Source: a virus
Length of the DNA: 64,000 nt
IMG/VR virus record: IMGVR_UViG_3300030102_005172
Span: 1 to 64,000 of that record
Strand: one strand, 5' to 3'
Notes under the pieces: model-generated
Seen by the model: the letters and a program-made list of their open reading frames with translations, nothing else
The model's database searches: none
Told to the model about the DNA's origin: nothing
Translations under genes and position numbers: made by a program
Shown: piece by piece, positions 18,844 to 28,184 of the stretch
Numbering within the stretch: position 1 is the stretch's first letter
Layout of the letters: each line of letters begins with the position of its first letter

Positions 18844-19106
18844 GTTCTTTTCCTAAACTTAGATTGAAGTCTTTCTCTTTTAACTTTTCGTTCTTCACTC
18901 TCGATAACTGTTACTCCATCACCAACTTTATTTCCTCTTACAGAGTATGGAAACATTTTGTTCAACTTGTCTTGGCGTTTGTCACATCCGCAATCGTCTG
19001 CTCCTGCAACTTCAGCAATCTTTTCAGCCAGTTTATCTAACTTTGTTGCTGATGTGATTTTTTTAATTGTATCACCTAATCCTTTTGATTCTTCACTCCA
19101 TTTCAT
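18840..19106 (-). CDS. conserved phage hypothetical protein
   Basis: SKGLGDTIKKIT..T...DCGC..RQ.KLN..FP. Confidence 0.65.
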   Translation of the reverse strand: MKWSEESKGLGDTIKKITSATKLDKLAEKIAEVAGADDCGCDKRQDKLNKMFPYSVRGNKVGDGVTVIESEERKVKRERLQSKFRKRT

Positions 19107-19329
19107 AAGTTTCATCTATTTCTACATTAAATCCTTCACTACGAAGTAGTTCGTAAAGAAGTTTAATATGTTCTATGTCCCCTGTATAAATATCACATTT
19201 TCCAGTATTATGTACAATGTGCGCTATTGATTGTCCTTGTGTTATCGGAAACGAGAAATATTTTCTCAAAACTGCGACAACATCTTCAAAAGTATGATGG
19301 TTATCGTCCAACAAATACAATCTAGCCAT
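19093..19329 (-). CDS. clpS: ClpS-like adaptor
   Basis: L.LLDDNHHTFEDVV..L ... AHIVHNTGKCDI..G. Confidence 0.8.
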   Translation of the reverse strand: MARLYLLDDNHHTFEDVVAVLRKYFSFPITQGQSIAHIVHNTGKCDIYTGDIEHIKLLYELLRSEGFNVEIDETYEME

Positions 19330-19331
19330 TG

Positions 19332-19511
19332 TTAAAGTTCATAGTTAATAACTTGTTTAATATCATATTTATTTTTATATTTTTCTATATAAATTGGTAC
19401 TTCAATACTTGCACCTATAACTGCTTCAACATTTACATCATCGTCTGTTTTTACATAAACTATACACTCTTCACTAAATTGAGGGTCGAGTTTTTTTATT
19501 ACTATTTTCAT
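19332..19511 (-). CDS. small hypothetical protein (59 aa, MKIVIKKLDPQFSEECIVYV...)
   Basis: hand translation; fills the gap between clpS and the next gene. Confidence 0.55.
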   Translation of the reverse strand: MKIVIKKLDPQFSEECIVYVKTDDDVNVEAVIGASIEVPIYIEKYKNKYDIKQVINYEL

Positions 19512-19707
19512 TGGGTCTCTCCAACATATCTATAAGTTCTTTGATGTGTTGACATTTTGTATAATCTTCTATATCAATATAGAATGTTAACATCTTGTCT
19601 AACAATCTTTTTTTAGTAGAATTGTCAATGAAACTTGGGTTGTACAACAATATGTCGTAAACCTCGTCCATCGCCTTTTCTAACATCTCTTCAGCCATAA
19701 ATATCAT
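19474..19707 (-). CDS. small protein with UVR (UvrB/C)-like helix pair
   Basis: ML.FY...EDY.KC..IK.LI. Confidence 0.5.
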   Translation of the reverse strand: MIFMAEEMLEKAMDEVYDILLYNPSFIDNSTKKRLLDKMLTFYIDIEDYTKCQHIKELIDMLERPNENSNKKTRPSI

Positions 19708-19724
19708 TTGGAAAGTTAATAAAA

Positions 19725-20108
19725 CTACATTTTAGCTATTGCTTCAGAAAAAATCCATCCTAAGACACCAATTAAACCACTAAATAGTACCCAAAGTGCT
19801 TTTACTACACCAGATTTCCAATCTTGAAGTTTTTCTAATTCATTTTTTAAATCTAAAATATCCTCAGGTAATTCACCTGCGTCTTTTCTAAATTCTGTAT
19901 TTTTGTTTACTCTGACAATTACACCATTTTCAGGATTAAGTAGGGTGTATTTGATATCTGAAAAATCCTCTTTTAAATCTTGTTGAAACTCATGAAGAGC
20001 ATTAATGGTTTGTTCCATTCTTTTAAGTTCACCATTCGGTAACTTAGTCTTCATTTTACCTATCTCTACGAGAATTTCATTAAGTATGTCTTTTTGTGTA
20101 GCTGCCAT
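19725..20108 (-). CDS. coiled-coil protein with C-terminal TM anchor
   Basis: LPNGE..., NPENG..VRVNKN, hydrophobic C-terminus. Confidence 0.65.
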   Translation of the reverse strand: MAATQKDILNEILVEIGKMKTKLPNGELKRMEQTINALHEFQQDLKEDFSDIKYTLLNPENGVIVRVNKNTEFRKDAGELPEDILDLKNELEKLQDWKSGVVKALWVLFSGLIGVLGWIFSEAIAKM

Positions 20109-20137
20109 TCTATATCCCTATTTCTCTATAAATATGT

Positions 20138-20854
20138 TTACTTATACCAAATCGCAGATTTACTATCAGATTTTTCGTGTTCTGGTCTATCTTTTGTAAA
20201 ATAGTATAATGCAAAGGAATATCTTGATATGTCTTCGGGACATACCAATGGAGTTGGATGACCATGAATCGAGTCGTCAGTTGTGTTAAAAATCACTGCT
20301 CTATTGAATGTTGGTAGTATAGATTTGACCTTAACTAATGGGTCTTTTTCATATAAGTCTAAGTGACCATTGTAATTCCAATTAGGTGTTAGATACAACA
20401 ATAGATTTATTCTTCGCCAAATATCTTTGTTTGGATGTTTGTTATAGTCTGAGTGTAATGCAAGTCTTCCACCATTTTTTATTTTATGAATACCACCACC
20501 TTCATAATCTACATCTGCTATTAGGTCTTTTATACCTGTAAGATTTTCTAAAAACAACAAAAATTGTCTTGAGTTAAAATATTGTAAACACTTCCATACT
20601 GCGGGCATATCTGATTCTAATCTATTCTTAGAATCTGTATCGAATGGAGTCCACCATTTATTTACTTGTGAATCTCTTTCATCCTCAGGATAACCTTCCA
20701 TAGTATCAAACATCCACTCTTGGTGTTGAGACATTTGGTTGTAACATTGTAACGCTAAATCTTTTGGTATAAAGTCATCAATGACAATATGTGGAAACGG
20801 ATTTGCTAATGCGTAGTTTGACCTACAACTATTAGCCAATGATTTGTTTATCAT
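20138..20854 (-). CDS. 2OG-Fe(II) oxygenase (prolyl-hydroxylase-like)
   Basis: PFPHIVIDDF, GGG.H...LHSD, PTFNR.VIF...S.HG, R.S.ALYY. Confidence 0.85.
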   Translation of the reverse strand: MINKSLANSCRSNYALANPFPHIVIDDFIPKDLALQCYNQMSQHQEWMFDTMEGYPEDERDSQVNKWWTPFDTDSKNRLESDMPAVWKCLQYFNSRQFLLFLENLTGIKDLIADVDYEGGGIHKIKNGGRLALHSDYNKHPNKDIWRRINLLLYLTPNWNYNGHLDLYEKDPLVKVKSILPTFNRAVIFNTTDDSIHGHPTPLVCPEDISRYSFALYYFTKDRPEHEKSDSKSAIWYK

Positions 20855-21420
20855 AACTTATTTGTATATAATTCTTGTATATAATTCTCTAATATTTTTT
20901 TTCTCTGACTTGGTTTAAGATGTTCTACTGCAAGTACAGATTTGATTCTTACATTAGGATATTTTCTTTGTAATTTTTGTACTGCTCTTACATTCTTGAT
21001 TGAGTCATCCATGAATGCGATATCAGTATATCCTTTTTCAATGTGTTTCTCAATCCAATCTGCTTTATCTTTAGGATTATTACTTGCCAATGTGACAGGA
21101 TAAACATCCATACCATAAGTATCTTTGAAAAACTTTCTGATTGGAAATCCTAATGCTCTTGCAGTTAGTATTGTTACCTTTTTTTCTGGATTAGATAACA
21201 TTTTCTGTAATAGTTTGAAGTTCTTTTTGATTACTTTAGGATTATTCAACATACTATTGAAATCTCTAAAATCAAACTCATCACCCCTTTGTGGTTTATA
21301 TTTTGCGTATTGTCCAGGGTCTAATGTAGTTTCTGTACCATCTTTATGTTTAACATAGATATATGCGGTACTCTTTGCGAGTGTATCATCAAAATCAAAA
21401 ACTCTTAATACTCTACCCAT
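20851..21420 (-). CDS. HAD-superfamily hydrolase
   Basis: FDFDDTL, ILTAR, K, FMDDS. Confidence 0.8.
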   Translation of the reverse strand: MGRVLRVFDFDDTLAKSTAYIYVKHKDGTETTLDPGQYAKYKPQRGDEFDFRDFNSMLNNPKVIKKNFKLLQKMLSNPEKKVTILTARALGFPIRKFFKDTYGMDVYPVTLASNNPKDKADWIEKHIEKGYTDIAFMDDSIKNVRAVQKLQRKYPNVRIKSVLAVEHLKPSQRKKILENYIQELYTNKL

Positions 21421-21475
21421 AATTTACCTTTTATATAAATATACAAAAAATTTAGTAATTTTCCAAATTATGTAG

Positions 21476-21901
21476 TTACAATTTATTAATGATGTCTTTT
21501 GATACTTTTATCTTCTTTTTACCAATCTCTCGTTTATCATCAGGTAGGTCTTCAGCAAGTACGACATCACCTGACATTTCCCAAGGTCCATAGTGACCTT
21601 TTTTCAACATAAACTTTGCCGCTTCCATGTATGTATAGTACTTACATTCTTTAGGATTAACTTTTCCTAATGCGTAATATGCTTTTTTGTTTATAGAAAG
21701 TTTTTTACCATTTGCGTAATCTAAACATTTATTACCAACCTCAACCCATGCGTGACCAAATCTGATACCATCTAATTTACCTTGACCATTTACCATACCA
21801 TGAACAAGTTTTCCTTTATCACGATACTCAATAATAAGGTTTCCTGCTGCTTGATAACAATCACCAGTTCCTTCTAATAGTATTTGTTTTAAACTTATCA
21901 C
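21476..21901 (-). CDS. transglutaminase/papain-like protein with MISLKQILLE leader
   Basis: GDC, HAWVE, LD putative Cys-His-Asp triad. Confidence 0.6.
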   Translation of the reverse strand: MISLKQILLEGTGDCYQAAGNLIIEYRDKGKLVHGMVNGQGKLDGIRFGHAWVEVGNKCLDYANGKKLSINKKAYYALGKVNPKECKYYTYMEAAKFMLKKGHYGPWEMSGDVVLAEDLPDDKREIGKKKIKVSKDIINKL

Positions 21902-22278
21902 TTGATTTTCTTTAGGATAGGTTCGATGTCTAATGCTATTGCATATTGGTCAAGATGTCTGTATTCAATAGGAACAAATCTTTGTTTTGTTTTCTTCGAT
22001 GCGAACTCTGCTAATTGTTTACAAATATCATCTTTTGATATACTACCTAAAGTATCAATCTTATCTAAATCTTTTGAACTTGCAGGAATACAGGTTAAAG
22101 TTGGACCTTTACCTAAGAAATCAGGTTTTGAATAATTAAATCTAAACTCAACATATTGAGATGGCATTTGTGCGTCTTTTGCATTTGATTGAAGTACAAC
22201 TTTTGCTTTTCCATAAAAGTGTACCATCTCATTTAGTGATTTTTTTCCTTCGTTCAATATGTCTTTTAATTTTATCAT
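21898..22278 (-). CDS. hypothetical protein with MIKLKDILNE leader
   Basis: ORF track. Confidence 0.65.
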   Translation of the reverse strand: MIKLKDILNEGKKSLNEMVHFYGKAKVVLQSNAKDAQMPSQYVEFRFNYSKPDFLGKGPTLTCIPASSKDLDKIDTLGSISKDDICKQLAEFASKKTKQRFVPIEYRHLDQYAIALDIEPILKKIK

Positions 22279-22284
22279 AATTTC

Positions 22285-22821
22285 CTAATCTAATAAATAT
22301 CCGTAAGGTGTTGCCTCTATATCCAATCCTATTGGATAGTTTTCTAATCTTAAATCAACACTCATATTTCTTTGAATGTATGGATTGTAAAACTCACCTA
22401 CGGCAGTTAAACAAATTAATCCATCATGTACATCCATTACTTGAACATCATTCCAAATAATATATTCTTGGTCACCTGGTATTTCAACACCTGCGTATTT
22501 GTTATCAGGATTTTCCCAAGTATATTGTCCGATATCTAATAACGCTCCATTGTCATCGGCGTCTGAATCTAAACAATACAATGCGAAATGTTGTCTATCT
22601 AATCTTGGTTCACCATCATCTACTTGTAAATATAGAATAAATATTTTCTTGATAGTATCACCATATCTTACACCACCAAATGTTTTGATTTGTGCATATC
22701 TTTCATTTGGGTCAAAAGATTCACCATCGAGTGAAATCTCTAATACAGGTTCTAAAACCTCTTCTTTAGTACATCCTAATGTGATTAGGAATATACTCAT
22801 TAATAATAATAATTTTTTCAT
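22285..22821 (-). CDS. lipoprotein
   Basis: MKKLLLLMSIFLITLGC-TKEE lipobox followed by an acidic segment. Confidence 0.7.
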   Translation of the reverse strand: MKKLLLLMSIFLITLGCTKEEVLEPVLEISLDGESFDPNERYAQIKTFGGVRYGDTIKKIFILYLQVDDGEPRLDRQHFALYCLDSDADDNGALLDIGQYTWENPDNKYAGVEIPGDQEYIIWNDVQVMDVHDGLICLTAVGEFYNPYIQRNMSVDLRLENYPIGLDIEATPYGYLLD

Positions 22822-22825
22822 TTTT

Positions 22826-24097
22826 TTATCTCAACCTTGCTCTAAATGGTATGTCATTTTCTCTCCAGAAAGCGTTCAACATACTATGAAAGTTTTTAAT
22901 AAGTTTTATCGCTTCCTTCTTTTTTTCAGGTGTATGAGTATCTAATCTTCCTTGTGGAATAATTCCTTTTGTAAATTGACTAATTTTAAATATACCAACT
23001 TCATTTAGTTCGTCATCATGTGGACCAACATCTTTATGAAGTGTTCTATTCATACCAACACCTTCTTTCTGATAAGTGTTCCTACCACCTAAACACCTAC
23101 CATCTAATGTAACCGGCCCTGGACATTTATTTCCAAGGTTATCATAATAAATCTCTTTTATATACTTATCTTTCACCAACATTTGATGTAACTCTTTACC
23201 TTTTCCTTTGATATCTTTTTCTGCCATTCTATATGTAGGTCCTTTGAATAGTCTTACATATAGTTTTTCTAAGAAATCATATTTTTTATTATCAGGTAAA
23301 GATTTCATCACTTTATTTATCTTTGCTCTATTTTTATAGATATACTTTTTCATATCATCATAGAAGAATGTATTTACATTTTCTTTTACTGATTCTTTGA
23401 GTTTTAATTTTAAAGTTTTACCAATCTTTTGTAATTCTTCATCACTATCATAGAATACTTTAACAAATTCAGGAGATTGACTTTGAGGAACAGACTTTGG
23501 TATGTAATTAATCTGAACATATTTGTCACCTCTTCTTGTTTGACCATATTCAACGCCTAAATGTTTGTAAACTTTTTTAAGTCTGGATTGAGCGTTTTTT
23601 AAATAAGAGTTTTCATCCATCGGCATATCTTTTGGAAACTCTACCTCAACACCTTCTTTAACTAATCTGAATTTAAGAAGAGGTCTTCCGTTGATTGTAA
23701 TATCACCCTTATCGTTCTTACCGATTGATTTAACAACGATTCTTTTGTTTTTGAACTTACCACCTAATACAGTATCACCTACCTTAATAGGGATAGTTAT
23801 GTTTTCGTTCTTTGCTTTAGTCTTCTTTTTCATCATATTAATGAATTTTCTATATTCACCTGCGGCTGACACTTTACCAGCTGCTTTCGCTCTTTGTTCC
23901 ATTGCGATAGCAGCTTGTATTTTATGTGCGTGACTTTTACCACTTGATTTTATTTTATTTACAGATGCCTTGGCGTCTTTTTGAGTAGCAAACTTTAGTC
24001 CATGAATTGTACCTTTTGGATTTTCATCCGTATACAAATCTGAATGAGAGGATGACCCTCTATGTTGTCCCTTTTTTCTTGCTACTCTGTTACTCAT
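22826..24097 (-). CDS. basic multi-module protein, putative internal head (poly)protein
   Basis: HSDLYTDENPKGTIHGLKF module, IKVGD..LGGKFKNK module, modules joined at (L/V/I)xE. Confidence 0.65.
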   Translation of the reverse strand: MSNRVARKKGQHRGSSSHSDLYTDENPKGTIHGLKFATQKDAKASVNKIKSSGKSHAHKIQAAIAMEQRAKAAGKVSAAGEYRKFINMMKKKTKAKNENITIPIKVGDTVLGGKFKNKRIVVKSIGKNDKGDITINGRPLLKFRLVKEGVEVEFPKDMPMDENSYLKNAQSRLKKVYKHLGVEYGQTRRGDKYVQINYIPKSVPQSQSPEFVKVFYDSDEELQKIGKTLKLKLKESVKENVNTFFYDDMKKYIYKNRAKINKVMKSLPDNKKYDFLEKLYVRLFKGPTYRMAEKDIKGKGKELHQMLVKDKYIKEIYYDNLGNKCPGPVTLDGRCLGGRNTYQKEGVGMNRTLHKDVGPHDDELNEVGIFKISQFTKGIIPQGRLDTHTPEKKKEAIKLIKNFHSMLNAFWRENDIPFRARLR

Positions 24098-24100
24098 TTT

Positions 24101-24463
24101 TTATTTTTTAGTTGTGTTTTGAAACTTAAACTTCTCACCTGTAATAGATAACTTCTCTATAACTTCAGATTGAATGTCTCTTAATAATTTCTCTAACTTA
24201 TCTTTTTCGACAACCATACCCGACACTTTGTCTTCTAATGCTTCATTCTTCGCTTTTAACGCTTCTACTTCTTCAGGATTCTTTCCTATAAAAGTATAGA
24301 TAACAACGGACAATGAACCTACTAACATACCGACAATTACTTTGAATATATCGTTATTAGTTTCTGGTATCTCAAAAAATGCTAAAAATAATAGAAGTCC
24401 CATAACAAGTAAAAATACTGTTGCTGCTCCTATATACCCTCTTAGTTCTTTATCTTTAAACAT
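24101..24463 (-). CDS. 2-TM membrane protein with coiled-coil tail (holin-like)
   Basis: two TM helices around IP..N.DI. Confidence 0.55.
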   Translation of the reverse strand: MFKDKELRGYIGAATVFLLVMGLLLFLAFFEIPETNNDIFKVIVGMLVGSLSVVIYTFIGKNPEEVEALKAKNEALEDKVSGMVVEKDKLEKLLRDIQSEVIEKLSITGEKFKFQNTTKK

Positions 24464-24475
24464 ATCTCCTCTTTC

Positions 24476-25123
24476 TTAAACTCTATTTGTTTTTTTTAAA
24501 TAATTAAACATCTCATGACCCAACTTGATTCCAAATCTTGAATCACTTGCGTAATGAGCTCTTCCTATATTTCTACTTTTTGATATATCTAATCCTATAT
24601 TCATCAAATTAAATTTGTGTTTAGGAAACATATCAGATAATACTCTACCTATAAGTATCCCTTGAGTCGAGTGACCGCTTGGATACGATGGAGTATTCAT
24701 TGATTCCATCTTTGCCTCTTCACCTATCTTGATATTTACCAACGGATGGTCGGCTACTTGATATGGTCTTGGTCTATTATAGTGTAGTTTTAATGTTCTT
24801 GTAAATATACTTGCGTCATCTATCAATTGGTTTACCAACGCTTCAGGAAATTCTACTCCAACTGTATCAAAGTACTCTTTGAATACTTTATCTATCCTAT
24901 CCATTTTATGTACAAAATCCACATCATGTGGAAGTTTAGATAATTGTTCTAATTCTATACGGGTTTTTGAGGACGCATTACCTGGTGGTGGGTTTCCCAT
25001 GAAGTTTTTTATCGGAAAGTCTTTAAGAAGGTTAGGAACTGTATTAATCTTTTTTATATCCTTCTCTCTTGGTTTATCCATAAATTTCATGGATTTCAAA
25101 CTGAGTATATCTGTTAATTTCAT
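24476..25123 (-). CDS. PAP2-superfamily acid phosphatase
   Basis: K..YNRPRP, PSYPSGH, SR...AHY.SD. Confidence 0.85.
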   Translation of the reverse strand: MKLTDILSLKSMKFMDKPREKDIKKINTVPNLLKDFPIKNFMGNPPPGNASSKTRIELEQLSKLPHDVDFVHKMDRIDKVFKEYFDTVGVEFPEALVNQLIDDASIFTRTLKLHYNRPRPYQVADHPLVNIKIGEEAKMESMNTPSYPSGHSTQGILIGRVLSDMFPKHKFNLMNIGLDISKSRNIGRAHYASDSRFGIKLGHEMFNYLKKTNRV

Positions 25124-25257
25124 CTTCCTTGTCCGCGATATTTCTTCTTATAGTGTTTACTTCCTTTACTTCTTGAGGTTTTTGTTTTGGCGTGCACCCC
25201 TGGTCTTTTCTTTGGGGGTGAACTATGATAGGTACTAACTACCGCTTTTCGTGCCAT
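25120..25257 (-). CDS. 45-aa very basic protein ending KKYRGQGR
   Basis: hand translation MARKAVVSTYHSSPPKKRPGVHAKTKTSRSKGSKHYKKKYRGQGR; ATGA overlap. Confidence 0.7.
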   Translation of the reverse strand: MARKAVVSTYHSSPPKKRPGVHAKTKTSRSKGSKHYKKKYRGQGR

Positions 25258-25272
25258 TACTATATAACCTTT

Positions 25273-25680
25273 CTAAAACTGCGATGCCGATTTAATCTCA
25301 TCGATATGTTCTTGTAACTCTTCTAAATCAACAGGACATTCTAAATCTAATCCTGCTTTATACATTTCTTCTTTTATACCATCTTTGAATACTATAATGG
25401 TCGGCGCCATTCTTATTCTGTATTCTTTCTTAGCGTTTGGTGCTTTTGCTATATCAATTCTGTAATAGTGAGTTATTCCTTTAACTTTGTTCCAATCTTG
25501 GAATGCGTTCTGTTCATTAAACTTTGCCCAAAACTCAACTATAACGATTGACATTTCATCGTCACCAAATGCGGACTTTTCATGAATTTTATCTTCAAAG
25601 TTACTATCTGTAATCCAATCTTGTCCAAATGCGTTACCAAAACCAATGAATAACGACATTAAAAAAACTATTTTTTTCAT
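25273..25680 (-). CDS. exported thioredoxin-fold protein without CxxC
   Basis: signal peptide; IVEFWAKFN, Y.I...PTII.FKDG. Confidence 0.7.
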   Translation of the reverse strand: MKKIVFLMSLFIGFGNAFGQDWITDSNFEDKIHEKSAFGDDEMSIVIVEFWAKFNEQNAFQDWNKVKGITHYYRIDIAKAPNAKKEYRIRMAPTIIVFKDGIKEEMYKAGLDLECPVDLEELQEHIDEIKSASQF

Positions 25681-25695
25681 ACTAACCTATTTTAG

Positions 25696-25980
25696 TTATC
25701 TATTTTTCTGTATTTCATAGAGGCGTTCATCAATCTTATCCAACTGCTCTTTCATTTCCTCTACATCGTCTTGAGTATCTAAAATTGTCTGGCGAATTAA
25801 TTCGTCCTTCAGGTCATACTCAGTTCTATCAATAACGGGTTCAGGTAAATTCTTTGCCTCTTCAATGTCAGATTGTAATGTAAACCACATTCCGATTACT
25901 GTTGCTACAAAAAATAGAATTACCCCGATTGTTTTTAAATCAAGGGTAATTTTAGTTTCTTCTGATACTTGCTTTGCCAT
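25696..25980 (-). CDS. single-TM coiled-coil protein
   Basis: N-terminal TM, acidic coiled coil. Confidence 0.7.
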   Translation of the reverse strand: MAKQVSEETKITLDLKTIGVILFFVATVIGMWFTLQSDIEEAKNLPEPVIDRTEYDLKDELIRQTILDTQDDVEEMKEQLDKIDERLYEIQKNR

Positions 25981-25998
25981 AACAAACTCTTCCTACTA

Positions 25999-27252
25999 TT
26001 ATCTAAATGTATAATTTATACCAAATGTTGTGATGAAAAACTTAGAATCCCACATTTGAGTATATTCACCTTCTGCGAATAACCCGATTGATTTTCCGAT
26101 TTTCCATCCAAAGTTTGCACCTGCTTGGTAATCCCACCATTGTTCACCTTTTGCTGCGTCTGCTAATCCATACTGGTCCCAATCATTTCTGTATAGGTAA
26201 GATAGAGGAACTCTTCCTTGTTCATCTGTATCACCCATTACATACTCGTGATATGGTAAAAATGCCGACCCATATAAGTGTAGCCAAAAGTTTGACTTGT
26301 AGTGATAGAAATCGAACCCGACTACTGGTGAAATTAATCCAAATTCTGCGGTGTTACCCAATACTTCTTGATTATATCTTGAAATCAGTCTTTTGTAAGG
26401 ACCATCCCTAAATTCTAAATCCGAAGAAGCGATTCTTCTTCCTTCAGGGTCCCACCAAAAGTAACCACCTATGTTTTGTGATTGACCTGTTACAGGATTA
26501 TCAATAGTTGTAGTATAATATGCGTCTTGATATCCATACTCATATGCTAATTCATACCAGTAGTTTTCTTGGTTTCCGTCTGCGTCTAATGCACTTACCC
26601 AAATTTCGTATGGATTAACACCATAAACTCTTTCGTGAGTTCTAAACGCGGCTCCTGCTGATATAGAAAACTTTTTACCGATTGGTAATCTTCCTCTTAC
26701 TTCTGCTGCGCTATAGTTAAAGTCAAATGCACCTTGATATCTTTGTTCAACTTTTACAATGTGGTATTTACCTGTATGTCTAAGGAAATATCTTAGGTTT
26801 TCCCACTCTTCACCTCTTCTTCGTTCTTTCTCAAAGTGAAATAAGTATTCCCAACCTGTTACTGCTGAAGTTGGTGCGATTAGTGCGTTTTGTCTTTCTA
26901 AGTTTTGGTCACCTGTCCAAAAGTTACCTGGTTTTCTTTCGTATCCAAAACGACCCAATTTACGAATACCAAACCCGATTCTGTAATCCGATGGGAAGTA
27001 TTCAGTAACATCTACTACTTCAGGCACATCATAAATACCTTGTCCATCAGGAGTTCTGATTAAGTATTTTTTGTCTGAACTTTCGTAAGGTGCTCTATAA
27101 TCACCTGCTCCATATACTGTTGCGTATTTGAAGAAGTTATCATAGAATTGTTTAAATACTGGTTTTTTGTCTTTTTTCTTCTCATCTTGTGCATTTACAC
27201 CCATTGGTATAATCATCAAGATAATCATCAAAATTGATAATAAATTTCTCAT
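25999..27252 (-). CDS. putative outer-membrane beta-barrel protein
   Basis: Sec signal peptide, amphipathic aromatic strands, C-terminal FGINYTF(R). Confidence 0.65.
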   Translation of the reverse strand: MRNLLSILMIILMIIPMGVNAQDEKKKDKKPVFKQFYDNFFKYATVYGAGDYRAPYESSDKKYLIRTPDGQGIYDVPEVVDVTEYFPSDYRIGFGIRKLGRFGYERKPGNFWTGDQNLERQNALIAPTSAVTGWEYLFHFEKERRRGEEWENLRYFLRHTGKYHIVKVEQRYQGAFDFNYSAAEVRGRLPIGKKFSISAGAAFRTHERVYGVNPYEIWVSALDADGNQENYWYELAYEYGYQDAYYTTTIDNPVTGQSQNIGGYFWWDPEGRRIASSDLEFRDGPYKRLISRYNQEVLGNTAEFGLISPVVGFDFYHYKSNFWLHLYGSAFLPYHEYVMGDTDEQGRVPLSYLYRNDWDQYGLADAAKGEQWWDYQAGANFGWKIGKSIGLFAEGEYTQMWDSKFFITTFGINYTFR

Positions 27253-27269
27253 TTGGTCTTAATCCTTCT

Positions 27270-27518
27270 CTACTTTTTTGCAAATTTTTCTAACCCTGCG
27301 ATTCCGAAACAACCAAGTGTTACAAATACGAATGAATTGTAAATAAACTCGTTGATTACTAAATCTTTTCCAAAGTATCCAGTTGCAAGGTCAAAAAATG
27401 CGAATAAAGTCATGACTGCAAAAGACATGAATCCTATCACATTTTTTTCGTTAATGTCGTTGTCGTCTTTAAAGATATCTTTAAATGCCATCCATTTTCT
27501 CCTGATATAATTAAACAT
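27270..27518 (-). CDS. 2-TM holin-like protein
   Basis: two TMs, basic C-terminus, next to putative endolysin. Confidence 0.55.
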   Translation of the reverse strand: MFNYIRRKWMAFKDIFKDDNDINEKNVIGFMSFAVMTLFAFFDLATGYFGKDLVINEFIYNSFVFVTLGCFGIAGLEKFAKK

Positions 27519-27567
27519 AATATAACCTTTTAAAACTGATTACTAATATAAATAGTCTATTTTACTA

Positions 27568-28182
27568 TTAACCATCTATATCATTTGAATTAATTAAAGT
27601 GTATGTAAATGAGTTGCCCCAAACATCTCTTGCTTTTCTACAAATTTCCATAAATAACTTAAAATCTGCGTTTGCTGCAATCACTTGACACCCAGCTGAC
27701 CACTTGTCAACTTGTACTGATTTACCACCTTCTCTTGCGGTTGCTCTGTGGATATTAATCCCATAAATACCTTCATGTACATTCTCTTCAATTAAGTCGT
27801 ATGTATCATCTCTATCACCATCTCTATATACTTTTAATGGTTTCTTTTGTCCTAACGCCTCGTACTTACCTTGGTGAAGTCTAATTTTATGTGAACCTCT
27901 GTATTGACCCTCTTTTAGAATTGCAACTCCATTTTTATTTAGAAGTTGTTTTTCAGTCCAATGTGAACCTGGGTCGGTAGTTGCGTCAAAACAATGAAAG
28001 TTCCATTTACCATTCTCATCTTTGTATGAGATAGTAAGATGGTCATCGAATCTATTCGTTACTTCATTATTAGTATCTGCGTTTCTTACACCTACGATAT
28101 TTACATCATAATTGTCCGATGTAAACCATTTATATCCTTTTGCTTTTACTGCGTCTCGTATTTGTTCTCTTGTATAAGACAT
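27568..28182 (-). CDS. putative endolysin with L,D-transpeptidase-like (HxxxSxGC) catalytic motif
   Basis: NIVGVR, TTDPG, GINIHRA...WSAGCQV. Confidence 0.65.
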   Translation of the reverse strand: MSYTREQIRDAVKAKGYKWFTSDNYDVNIVGVRNADTNNEVTNRFDDHLTISYKDENGKWNFHCFDATTDPGSHWTEKQLLNKNGVAILKEGQYRGSHKIRLHQGKYEALGQKKPLKVYRDGDRDDTYDLIEENVHEGIYGINIHRATAREGGKSVQVDKWSAGCQVIAANADFKLFMEICRKARDVWGNSFTYTLINSNDIDG

Positions 28183-28184
28183 GA

